The position numbers were made by a program, and so were the translations under genes. From Emiliania huxleyi CCMP1516 (Eukaryota): a stretch of DNA of 64,000 nucleotides. This document shows positions 11,209 to 23,835 of the stretch, in pieces. The DNA lies in contig NW_005202427.1 of the NCBI RefSeq assembly GCF_000372725.1, positions 372,001-436,000 of the forward strand. The letters are read 5' to 3'. A model generated the notes under the pieces. The model saw nothing but the letters and a program-made list of their open reading frames with translations. It was not told where the DNA came from and did not search any database. The stretch's first letter is position 1. Every line of letters starts with the position of its first letter.

Positions 11209-11567
11209 GCATTTTGAAGTAAATAGCCGCTGATAGAAGAGCGGAGGCCCTGCGCACTCCGGGCGCAGGTGAAACTCTCTGTGACCGAACGGCCGCAAAA
11301 CCGGACCACTCTCCGCGTGTCTCTCCCGCGACGTCAATTACTCTTATTCCCGAAACCTGCGTTCCCGAACCCCTCAAGGGATGACTCAAGCTCTCTCAGA
11401 GGACAGAGCTCTGTAAATAAATAAAAACGGAGACTTTTACTAGGAGATGGGAAAAAAGGAACGGGTCCCCGCCCGTGGCCGTGCGATCGTTGTGCAGGGT
11501 CTTTTTGTCAAGCTCTCCGAGCTCACAGCTGTCCTTGTGGCACAGTCTCCTCTCAGATTCTGCAGAT

Positions 11568-12432
11568 TCACATCACCACACAGGGAACGATGATTCTCTG
11601 CGCCTGCGAGTGCGAGCCGATGCAGCAGATGCAGCAGCCGGTGCCGTACTGCCGCGTGCTCGCCGGTGCCTCGTCCTCCGGCGCCTCGTCGCTGGGGTCC
11701 TGCCCCGCATCATCATAGCAGGCCTCGAGCAGCGACGCCTCGAGCAGCGACGCCTTGGTTTCCGCGACGCCCGCCCCCGTCGTGCGGTGGACAACCTCGA
11801 CCGGCGGGTCTGGCGGCTGCGCGGTTGGCGAAGAATCCCACACTTCAAACGTCACCGCCGCCGGCCGCCACTCGACGCGAAGGTACACTGTCCCGCGGCC
11901 GGGAGGAGACAAGGGCAGCACGAGGTCGGCAGCGTCTTCGTCGGCGAGCGCCTATGGCGTGGAGGGGAGGTTCGAACGAGTCGCTGCAGCGGAGGGCCTT
12001 CTGTCGCCCAAGCACCGGCAATAGCGACGCCGAGACCGTTCCGAGCACGTCGTCCGAGGAGGAGAGGAGCTCGCGGATCTTCTTCGTGTCGCGGTCCATG
12101 ATGGTCACAGTCAGAGGGTGGCGAAGCACTTCGCGGAACGCGATGCCGCCAGCGAGCCGCAGGGTCTCCTCCCAGGTTGGAGAAAGACTCGACTTGACGG
12201 TGCTACTCGTGGCGGGCGCGCCTCCTGCCGCGGCCACGACGGCGTACGGGTCAGAGCTTCCACCGAGCACTCGCACGTCGGCTCGGCGCAGGCCCGTCGC
12301 TCGTCGGAGCGTGATGACCAGCGAACCCTGCTGGTTCAGGCGCAGCTCTGACACGCCGTCGGTGCAACATTCACACGCCGGCTCGGAGGGCGCTGGCTTC
12401 CGCGAGCGTGGGAAGAAGCGTGGCGACCTCAT
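11568..12432 (-). CDS. C2-domain protein with C-terminal CaaX (CVVM)
   Basis: GSLVITLRRATGLRRAD..GSSDPYAVV...LSPTWEE...VTIMDRD...DDVLG. A GC-AG intron at 11997-11952 joins it to GTVYLRVEW. The protein ends GCCICCIG...PCVVM*. Confidence 0.75.
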
Positions 12433-13399
12433 TGCATTCTTCGAGCGGAGACTGACCGCCGCCGACGATAGAGCAGCATGTGCGTCCAGCGGAGGCGGCG
12501 GCGACGAGCTAGGCGGCGGTGGTGGATGACGATGGAGGGCCGAGATGCTCACCCGTGGAGTCCAACGCCCGCCTCTATCGCCTCCGTCCGCTGTTTGCCG
12601 CTGCTCCGAGCCGGCAGGCGGCGTCGTCCGTTTGGGTGCGGTACGTGGGAGCGGAAGCCGCATCAGAAGGGAGCCAGCGACGACAGGCAACAAGCAAGGA
12701 GCGTGGTGCAAAGAATTCTTTCTCTCCAAAAAGGCTGCGCAGGCCTCCCCCGGTATTTTATTGGTCGATGCGAGTAGAGCCGCATTTTATACATGAAAAC
12801 CCCAGAATCGGACACCGTCCCACCGTCGCCTCGCTACAGACGTCACGCCCCCGCGCGCGGGGTGGCGCGAGAGCGGAGAGGAGGCAGGAGCTGCTGCCGG
12901 GGCGCGTCCCGCGCGCGTGTGTGTGCAGTGTGCCCCCCCCCCCCCCCCCCCCCGCGCGCTGAGCGCTGTCAGCGGTGGGCCACCTCTCGGCTCACGCCGC
13001 TGACCCAAGCACCCAACTGCATGCGTGGCGGCGCCGGCGGCGCAGTCAGAGTACAGAGAAGGAGAGAGTGTGTGCACAGGCTGTGCGGCACCGCGGCCGG
13101 GACGGTGTGAGAGGCTCGCCAAGCACCCCGCTCAGCGGCGAGGGGGAGGGCGATGGCGGCGGCGGCGAGGCGCGAGGCGGTGGCAGCGGTGGTGCGGGCG
13201 GCGGGATTGACAGGGGAGGCGGTGGCCACGAGCGGAGCAGCGGCGAGAGGGGGGCAGCGGCGAGGCGCGCCGGCGTCCCGGCGAGCGTCTGGTAGGACGG
13301 GAACGAGATGATAGTAGGGAGTAGAAGAAAGCAAAGAGGAGCCCTGCGCACGCACGACTCCGCAGGAGAAGCCCCTCCCCAGACAAAACACAAGTGGCT

Positions 13400-13616
13400 C
13401 GAGATTGCACGAGACCGTACGAGACAGCGCGAGATTGTGTGAGATTGTGCGAGATTGTACGAGATCCGAGATTGCACAAGATTGCACGAGATTGCACGAT
13501 ACCGCACGAGATCGCACGGGATTGCGCGAGAATGCACGAGAGTGCACGAGAGTGCACGACGTTGCGCGAGACTGCACGAGATCGCATACGATTGCACGTG
13601 ATAGAGCGAGGTTGCG
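13400..13616. repeat. Degenerate 10-bp tandem repeat (GAGATTGCAC-like), probably intronic
   Basis: About 20 units. On the minus strand it is bracketed by CAG|GT near 13644 and CAG near 13345. Confidence 0.85.
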
Positions 13617-15827
13617 CAAGAAAGTGTGTCTCTGGACGAGGGACCTGGCGTGCCGCCTGCACAAGTGGCACCACTTCACAGCGGCGTGACGAAATGGATG
13701 ACGCCGTCGCGCAACATGACATCCTCGCTGTCGTCGTCCTCTAGGCGGCGCGCAGCGCCGCTCTCGCAGGCTGTTTTTGACGGTTTAAAAAAAATTGCTT
13801 TAGCTAAAAGAACGGGCACGCATATTATCCCCCCTCCATTCTCTCCCCCTTGGCGCTCCGTGTAACGCGTACTGGTGTAGGCTAGGTGTGCGGGGCGAAT
13901 GAGTGATGAAGTTAGTGCCTTGGTGTCCGTCCCCCATAGTGGCTTCCCCTGATCTCTCTCAATTCTAGGGTACTCCCTCAGTGTGGCGCTCCCTTATCCC
14001 CCCCTCATCCCTCCCCTTTCTCTCTCCGAGATGACCCGTGCTCTACGTGCCAAGGTTAGGTCCTCAGGGGGGGGGGGGATTGGCGATGTGTCATCGTGGG
14101 TTGTTTGTCGATGGACGCCCAACAGTTTCGATTTCCCTCCTTAGCGCCCCGGGTAGAGCGTGGCCTCCCCTGGAGCCTGCCACGCCCGTTCTGTCTAAGC
14201 CCAGGGTTCAGCTTTCCAGTTGATCCTTATCGGACTGGTGAGTTCCGTCTAGCTGTCAGTGTGGCGTCGCAGGGAGTCGTTGGCGGCGGTGCTACACACA
14301 CTATGCCTGGATTCGTTTTCTCCAAAGGAGTGTTTTGTTTTGACAAGATTTTATGGGCTAGCTATCTCGCAGTACATGCGCACGAGCTTAACTTCTCCAA
14401 AGAAAAGCTTCGAGGGGTGGGAACATCTGAGAAGGTGCAGGCGTGCGAGGAGCAATCTGCGTCGTGCGGGGCTGCTGGCTGGGAGCTCACTTGTTGTGGG
14501 GCCGCGGTTTTCTCAGGGCGCGGGGGATTGGCGTGAGCCGCGCGGGCGTGTGTGAGGGTATTGTTGCACAGAGGCAGAGAGCACTCTGCACAGCCACAGG
14601 CGTGGGGAGGTGAAGCATTCTTGGCCGAACCGCCCGGGAGCGCGCGCGGCGAGCCAGCGCGCCTCGCCTGGTGGAACGGAGCTGTCGCGGGGTGCAGTCA
14701 GCCGTGCAGTGGGCGGGCGGCGCGAGCGTGCGTATGTGCTGAGTGTCCAGCAGGTCTGCTGCAGCCTGCTGGCAGGCTGTGCAGATCTGGTCGGATGGCG
14801 GGGCGCGTGCGTGGCGGCCGCCGCGCGCGGCGTGCCGCCGCGCGCGCCTCGCGCGGTGGAGCTGCGTCGTGCCGGGCGCGGCGCGCTCTGGTAGGGCATG
14901 GTGCCTGAAACAGTGTGTATAGGCGCCTGGCAAAGGGCGTGGACTGTCAGTGGGGTTCACTGCGGCGCGCGCGTCGCGGCGTGAGTGGTCGTGCGGCTGG
15001 CTCTGATGGTGCGAGAGGTGCGTGGCTGGTGCGGGCGGCTGGCGCAGCCATGGGGTGCCAGCACAGGGCAGACGCACATGACACAGGCTTCTGAGCGCTG
15101 CTCGTGTGTTTGCGTGCGCGCGGGGACGTACGCGCAGTTTTCACGCGGTGTGCGTGGGGAAGGGCATGAGGGGCGCCGGCCGCGCGTGTATTGGCGTGTG
15201 AGAGTGCGTGGTGCCCGAAGGCGAGAGGGCCCGAAGGCAGGAGGAAGAGTCTTGCGCCCCGCTTGGAACGAGGCTTACAAGAAAACTTCCTGTTTTGACG
15301 GTTTCTACTTTGTTTTTGTTTTCAGTCTAGGGGGCCCGACCCCCTCAGAGGCGGCGGGCGGGCGCCCACTCACCGAGATATCAAAAACGCTCGACCCAGC
15401 CCCATGTCACGCGCTCAAAAGAGTAAAACTGACTCGCAGCAAGCGCTGTCGTCAAAGCAACACACACTGTATATGGCCGTAGCAAGCATCAAGCAGGACG
15501 TCCGCACACGACGCACAAGCTCCAAGCTCGAGCCGTCCGAACCCTCCAAACAACTAAACAAAGTCACACACGATCCAGTCGTCGACGCGAGAACTAAGAT
15601 CATCCACGTGGCAAATAGCGGTCGGCAAACCCGAAACCCCGCGCTGCCCCGCCGCCGAGCTCGCCTCGCACCGGAAAGTAGTGTGGAACCCCCCCTTTGC
15701 GCCTCGCCGGAGCGGCTGGGATGGTCGTCAGCCTACGGCGTGCTCGCGATGAGCTGCAAGTGCGACTGTTGAGGGGAGCTGTTGAGGGGAGCGGGGTGCC
15801 CGCGGCAAGCACACCTCTCTCCCTCCC

Positions 15828-17741
<1,914 letters not shown>

Positions 17742-18666
17742 TCAGGCGATTGGCGAAGGCGCAAGCAGAGGATTCGGGCTTTACTGGCAGGTAGGGGTCT
17801 CCAAAAAATTTCTCCCCCTGTAGAGCGAATCTCGAACTGGCCGCCACCTTGCAGCTCTTCGGACGCCGAACGGTTGCGGCTATCCACTGTGTTGTGCGGA
17901 GGCTGGCGAATTGGGCGCAAGCAGAGGAGGAGGATTCGGGCTTTACTGGCAGGTAGGGGTCCTATGGCGCACAGGCACTTGTTTGGCCTGTACACGTTTT
18001 TCTCGCCAAGCACTACCCATATTCTTTTTCCGTATTCTTTCCGTATTCTTGTCCAAAACAGGGTCTATATTCTCGAATATGACAAACAAATATATGACAA
18101 GAATACAGCTCCAAATAGGGTCTGTAATGCAATACCCGGGTTTTACCTGGGTCTTGGGCAGGCACCCCCCTGTGTCGGTCGAGCAGTCTTGGCTCCCGCG
18201 AGGTGTACCCCCTCTCGGTCAGAGGCCACACAGCCGCGGAGAATAGGCGGTGCAGCGCGCGAAGCGCGCGAGATCTCGTACTTTTAAGGCTGGATCCGGC
18301 CATTCCAAGGGTATACCTTTGAGAATCCCCAGCGTCCCACCCTCCTAGTCACACTCTCAATATCTCGACTATCCAACACGAAGTGCTGCGATCGGGAGTG
18401 CCCATTTCTTTTTTCCTTTCTTTTTTTGGGTCCTGTGGGCACCCTACCTCAGCTCAATCACGGACGTACTTCGACACTACGTACGTACTGTCAAAACAGG
18501 CTACAGGGACGTACATACATGCAAGTACGACCTTGTGCTCAAAAAAATCTCTTCGCACTTCGGCTCGCTCCGCTCGCAGCGGTCGGGTAAAGAGCGGAGT
18601 TTCTTGTGCTAGTTCGTGCCAGTCTGCTGTGAGAGGGGCTTGTGATTGTAGAATTCTTGTTCTTCG

Positions 18667-18857
18667 TAAAGAAAGAAAGAAAGAAAACACACAACCCAAG
18701 GGAGGGATGGGAGGACGGCACGCCGCCACCACACAGGGATTTTAAGGAGAGGAGTGTGGTGCGCTAGCCGTCGCCCACCCTGGGGAGTCTGCCTCTTCGT
18801 ATCTCTTTTCGCAGTCTCTCGCCGCTTCTCGCTGCAACCTTCATGCCACCTCGCGGC
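18667..18857 (-). mobile_element. 3' fragment of (TTTC)n-tailed LINE
   Basis: Reverse complement of about 62023-62209 (ORF end plus UTR). Confidence 0.8.
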
Positions 18858-18947
18858 CTTCTTCGTGTGCGAGAGGCTCGAACGTTGTAAAATTCTTGGT
18901 CACTTGTAGTGAGCGGGCTGGTGGTTGGGAACCCCTTCGCACGTTAT

Positions 18948-19583
18948 ATGCTCCTCTTGACTGCACCTGCGTGCGCCGTGGCCCCGCAGAGCGCGTCCGT
19001 CTCGGTCGAGCTCTCCTTTGGCGAGGCGATGAGCAGCCGCGAGCGTCGATCGCTCTCTCGCCAGCTGGTGCGCGCGTACGGCGCGAACCGCGGCGCCCCG
19101 CACCCGCTGCGCCTCTCCTTCTCCGCCCTCGACGAGGCCTCGCTCCACCCGGACATGCTACACCGAGACCTCGCTCGGTGGGACTGCCAGCGAGTGGGCG
19201 AGAGGGCGGACGTTCGCTGGCCCGCAGACGAGCTCGTGTGGCTGAGCCCAGACGCGGGCGAGCCGCTGAGTACGCTAGATCCAGATGTGACCTATGTCGT
19301 GTCGGGCCTCGTCGACCGCTCTGTGGTAAGCGGCCGCTCGCTCGAGAGGTCGCGTGCTGCAGGAGGACGGGCGGTGCGGCTGCCGCTGCGGGAGTGCGCG
19401 CCGCGGCCCGACGTCCACCCGATCCTCTCAGTGGTCAGCGTCGTTTCCATGCTCGCCGCCGTCAACTCGGGTGCCAGCTGGGAGGAGGCCATCGGAGCAG
19501 CGCTGCCGAAGCGCTTTATGGAGCGGCGGGAGGCGGAGGCGGCTGCGCGCGGTGAGGGGGCAGGTGGGGGTCGTCTCGTCTGA
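18948..19583 (+). CDS. TRM10: tRNA m1G9/m1R9 methyltransferase, TRM10 (SPOUT) family
   Basis: ELSFGEAMS..E..SLSRQLVRAYGANR, LVWLSPDA, YVVSGLVDRS, RLPL, ILSV, WEEA...LPKR. Confidence 0.85.
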   Translation: MLLLTAPACAVAPQSASVSVELSFGEAMSSRERRSLSRQLVRAYGANRGAPHPLRLSFSALDEASLHPDMLHRDLARWDCQRVGERADVRWPADELVWLSPDAGEPLSTLDPDVTYVVSGLVDRSVVSGRSLERSRAAGGRAVRLPLRECAPRPDVHPILSVVSVVSMLAAVNSGASWEEAIGAALPKRFMERREAEAAARGEGAGGGRLV

Positions 19584-19684
19584 CGTCTCTGAGTCGAGCA
19601 ATACCAAAACCGATGACATTTTCACACATCGGTCATCGCATACATGACACTCTAGAAGGAACAAGCGCCCGCGCCCGCGCCCAA

Positions 19685-19777
19685 CCTCCCCCCTCTCCAC
19701 CTCAGTAAAGCTCGGGCAGTTGGCATGCTCGATTGGCATTTGGGCCAGGCCGCCGTCATCCCTGAGAGAGGAGGTGG
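19685..19777 (-). promoter_or_regulatory. SECIS element (type II) in the selenoprotein 3' UTR
   Basis: Minus strand: helix I CUCAG/CUGAG; core AUGAC...CGAG; helix II GGCGGCCUGGC/GCCAACUGCC; unpaired AA; apical mini-stem AUGC/GCAU. Confidence 0.85.
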
Positions 19778-19844
19778 ACGATCCGCGCCGAGAGAGCGCG
19801 AGTGCGCGAGCTCTCAGCGGCGCAGCCCGTGCGACCGGGCGGAT

Positions 19845-20510
19845 CTAGTTTGCGGCGAGCTGCTTCGGCGAGGCCTGTTGGAAGGAGCGCACGGCCTCGA
19901 CGATTGCAGCCTGCGCCTCCTGCGGGATGCCCTTGCCCGGGTCCTCGTAGAAGGTGTGCTTGATCTCGCCGCTGGGCGCGATGCATAGCACGCCACCCTT
20001 GACCTGCCCGTCACCGACCATGTTGCCCTCAATCTTTCTCGCCTTCATCCGCTCGCCCATCTCCTTCATCTCGCGCCGCGCCTTGAACGGATTCAGTAGA
20101 GCCCGCGCCAGCGTGCCGAGCGTGAAGATGGGCTGGTTGCCGAGGTGCTGGTACAGCGTCCTGTCCTCGTCCGACAGGTACAGCGGGCCGCAAAAGTACT
20201 GCTCCTCAAACTCCGCCACCCCGAGCATCTTGTCCGCGTCCGTGTCGGGAGGCTTCTCCTCCTCCTTCACGACACCGGCGACCGGGACGTCGATGCCAGA
20301 GAGAGCGCTGCACAGATCCGCAGCTTCCTCTCGGCAAAGCGGTCATCCGGGTCGGCGAACGGCAAAGATAACCGCTCCTCGCTCCTCGTAGAGCGATGAG
20401 AGGGTTACTGGCGTCGCGGCGGCAGCGACGCGGCCGCTGAGGAGAGGTGTGAGTTTCGTCGCGCCGATGTTGATTCCGGTGGCGGCTCCGAGTCCGAGCA
20501 AGGACATCAT
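19845..20510 (-). CDS. SELENOU: Selenoprotein of the SelU/PRXL2 (AhpC-TSA_2, thioredoxin-like) family with UxxC motif
   Basis: ORF ...VIFAVRRPG-TGA(20345-20343)-PLCREEA continues in frame into ORF 19845-20270 (...LYQHLG...GGVLCI). SECIS lies downstream. Confidence 0.88.
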
Positions 20511-20555
20511 TGTGCGAGCAAGCAACAAGCGGGGACAGCGGGCAGGCACCCACAG

Positions 20556-21560
20556 GGGGCTGAGGGCCAAAAGTAAAACGCGCAACGCCGCTCTCGGCTC
20601 TCAGAGAGGCGTTATATCTCAGTAACCCCGCTCGCAGGTACTAGAGCAGCGTTCGTCAAGCTCAAACCCCACTCTACACAACACAGAGCAGCGTTTGCCT
20701 AACAAGACTCCGCTCTGCAACCTTCAGAGCGGACTCTTGCTCAGAAAAACACCGACCGAGCACGTTCGAGCGGAGTCAAGTCAGTGCAACACCGCTCAAC
20801 ATAGCGGGAGCGGTCAATTTCCGCGGAGAGGCTGCTTTTGCCTCCCTCAGTCGCGCTCTCCTCCGCCCCTCCTCTTCAGAGCGGGACTTTGCTAAGTGAA
20901 CACCGCTCTAGCTAGTAAGAGCAGCGATTGCTTTAAGCTGACACCGCTCTAAATGACGTGAGCGGCGTATCACTAAACGCGACGCCGCTCTGACTACTCG
21001 GAGCAGTGACGACCCACCCACACGCTGCTCAACCCCAGGGGCGGGGCTCGCCACGCCGCGCCGCGCGCCACGAGCGATCGTGGATCCGCCGTCGGCGTCA
21101 GGTGGCATCGCCGTCCCGGCGTCCCAGAGCAGCGTCTATTCAGGGCGACGCCGCTCACGTCATTTAGAGCGGTGTCAGCTTAAAGCAATCGCTGCTCTGA
21201 CCATCTAGAGCGGTGTTCACTCAGCAAAGTCCCGCTCTGAAGAGGAGGGGCGGAGGAGAGCGCGACTGAGGGAGGCAAAAGCAGCCTCTCCGCGGAAATT
21301 GACCGCTCCCGCTATGTTGAGCGGTGTTGCACTGACTTGACTCCGCTCGAACGTGCTCGGTCGGTGTTTTTCTGAGCAAGAGTCCGCTCTGAAGGTTGCA
21401 GAGCGGAGTCTTGTTAGGCAAACGCTGCTCTGTGTTGTGCAGAGTGGGGTTTGAGCTTGACGAACGCTGCTCTAGTACCTGCGAGCGGGGTTACTGAGAT
21501 ATAACGCCTCTCTGAGAGCCGAGAGCGGCGTTGGGCGTTTTACTTTTGGCCCTCAGCCCC
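20556..21560. mobile_element. About 1-kb foldback (palindromic) non-autonomous element
   Basis: Near-perfect inverted arms of about 420 bp (GGGGCTGAGGGCC...GGCCCTCAGCCCC). The identical 66-aa ORFs on opposite strands reflect this symmetry. Flanked by CACAG. Confidence 0.9.
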
Positions 21561-21565
21561 CACAG

Positions 21566-22226
21566 GGTGAGTCTATCGGTAAGCGCGGGTTAGCGCGGGT
21601 TCCACACGGGTTAAGCCGCACTAACCCAGCACGGGTCAGCACGGGTTAGAACGGGTTACCATAACCCGACGCTAACCCGGCGCTAACCCGGCGCTAACCC
21701 GGCACTAACCCATCCTAACGTATGCCCCCGAGCAGCGCGAGTTAGCGCCGGGTTAGTCCTAGGGTTAGTCTCGGGTTAGTGCCGGGTTAGTCTCGGGTTA
21801 GTGCCGGGTTAGTGCCGGGTAAGCGTCGGGTTATGGTAACCCGTTCTAACCCGTGCTGACCCGTGCTGGGTTAGTGTGGATTAACCCGTGTGGAACCGCC
21901 GCTAACCCGCGCTTACCGATACGCGATAGACTCACTCCATACACGCTCAACTTACCGATAACGGCGTTGCCGCGGAGAGCACCAAGGGGCAAGGTGCAGC
22001 CAAGCCGTCCGAGGGAGAGACTAACCCGGGTTAGCGCCGGGTTAGTCTCGGGTTACCATAACCCATGCTGACGTATGCCCCCCAGCCGCATGGGTTAGTG
22101 CCGGGTTAGCGCCGGGTTAGGGCCGGGTTAGTGCCGGGTTATGGTAACCCGTTCTAACCCGTGCTGACCCGTGCCGGGTTAGTGAGCACTAACCCGCGCT
22201 AACCCGCGCTTACCGATAGACTCACC
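21566..22226. mobile_element. TIR element composed of GGGTTAG/CTAACCC telomere-like repeats
   Basis: TIR GGTGAGTCTATCGGTAAGCGCGGGTTAG / CTAACCCGCGCTTACCGATAGACTCACC, internal nested palindromes, flanked by ACAG. Confidence 0.85.
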
Positions 22227-22261
22227 ACAGGAAAATTCAGGAATCCTGCGCTGCTGCAACT

Positions 22262-23037
22262 CGAGGGTTTTACCAAGCTGCCAACCCTATTCACGCACAG
22301 TGCGCAACCAACCAACTGTTTCCGGGCCCGAGTGCGCGAAGTGCGGGACCAGCCAACCAGCCCCCCCCCCCCCCCTGTGAAAGCACGAAGAAATCTCTCG
22401 GAAGTGTCCGCTGGCCGCGAGATCTGCGAGAGTGTCGCGCGGGCCGCGAGATCTGCGAGTGCCTAAGGCTGGGCGCCCACGATGCCCGTGCTTTGCGACC
22501 TCATCGGACCTGGCGCACCACTGCGCACTGGACGCAGCGACTGCCTCAGTGATCGGCCTACCGCGCGCCGGGCCTCGCGGCAGCCCGTGGCGGTTCGTGC
22601 GCGCTGCGCTTGCGGTGACGGCGGCTCACGACCCCATTGCCGAGAGGGCTAAGGCAACAGCGAAGGCAGCAATTGCCTCGGTGCTTGCCACGTATAAGGA
22701 CAAGGCTGTGTAAAAACGGTTATTGTGTGTAATGATCTGTGATCTGTAAGGGTCCGCCCGCAGGCGCATTTTGTATACCGAGGCGGTGCCCGGTGCCGAA
22801 CCTGTCGGACCTTAAGACAGCATTGTAGATCCCTGGGCGAGGGTGGTGGCGTCCCCGTCGGGAGGGGGCAGGGGCTGTCTGGTTTGTGGTTATGTGTGTA
22901 ATAGACAATATGTGTGCGGAGAGTGCGGGACCAACCAACCAACATCTGGAGGCCTGGAGTGCGCAGAGTGGGGGACCACCCAACCAACCCAGGGCCCGGA
23001 GTGGGTGAATAGGGTTGGCAGCTTGGTAAAACCCTCG
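22262..23037. mobile_element. Putative MITE-like element with 33-bp inverted repeats
   Basis: CGAGGGTTTTACCAAGCTGCCAACCCTATTCAC (22262-22294) has its exact reverse complement at 23005-23037. No clear TSD. Contains a family A copy. Confidence 0.6.
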
Positions 23038-23835
23038 GGTGCTGTTGTTGTAGTGTAGGCTGCAAGGGGATCTGCCCCTCTGTCTGCCCCTCCGACTGCC
23101 CCTCCCCGAGGCAGAAATCTCCCCAACCCTCGCCCCCCCTCGGTGGGAGGCCATCCTTTGCCCCGGCATTTCTTTTTTTATTACAAAGAAAATATTCTTC
23201 CAGAACCTACCATCTTTCTGTAAGCGTGATGCGAAAAGCTCTTTTTGTTGTTTGTCTTGAATAAACGCCCCATACTGGAGATCTATGGCACCTCACACAA
23301 CTACGACTCGAGCCCGTCGTCTGCATCCCCTTGCCGGGGGCCCCCCGGTTCGTAGAGTCACGAAATCGACCACCCAATTCTAGAAACAGGTTGGGCAATA
23401 GCAGCGAGGCATTCTTCCACGCGCTGTCGACTGCATTCGGGCAGCGCGAGATCGGAAAGTTCCCGGCAGCGCCTCGCGGAGTCCGCACCACAATGTGTCT
23501 CGACAGCTGCCGGAGCTCAGGGGACATTGGAAGCGTGTTAGCGCCGGAACGGGTGCAATTTAGATCATGAGGGCCGATGGATCGTTTGCGCATCGCCCGC
23601 CCCCCAAAACGGTTCACCCCAAAATCGCGCCGCCAGAACCGTCGCGCACCGGATCACGTGCGCTGGGCCGGGCGCTCATGCGCGTCCTGTCGATAATGCG
23701 CTCGCTGGGGGAAGTGGCGCCGGGCTGGCCTTCGAATGTTGTCGGTAAGGTATCTTGTGAGGTCCGACTTTGGCAGCGCCATGGCCGAAGTCTCGAGGTC
23801 GGAGGTATCTTGTGCACGTGGGAGCGGTATTGAGT

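Noticed and set aside
17759..17961. About 40-bp direct repeat upstream of the polyQ ORF
   Set aside because: Only two copies with no element hallmarks; likely a local duplication.
20695..21421. Two identical 66-aa ORFs on opposite strands
   Set aside because: By-product of the foldback symmetry; non-ATG start and no recognisable domain.
21566..22226. True telomere or chromosome end
   Set aside because: Repeats are degenerate, in both orientations, bounded by TIRs and internal to genic DNA.
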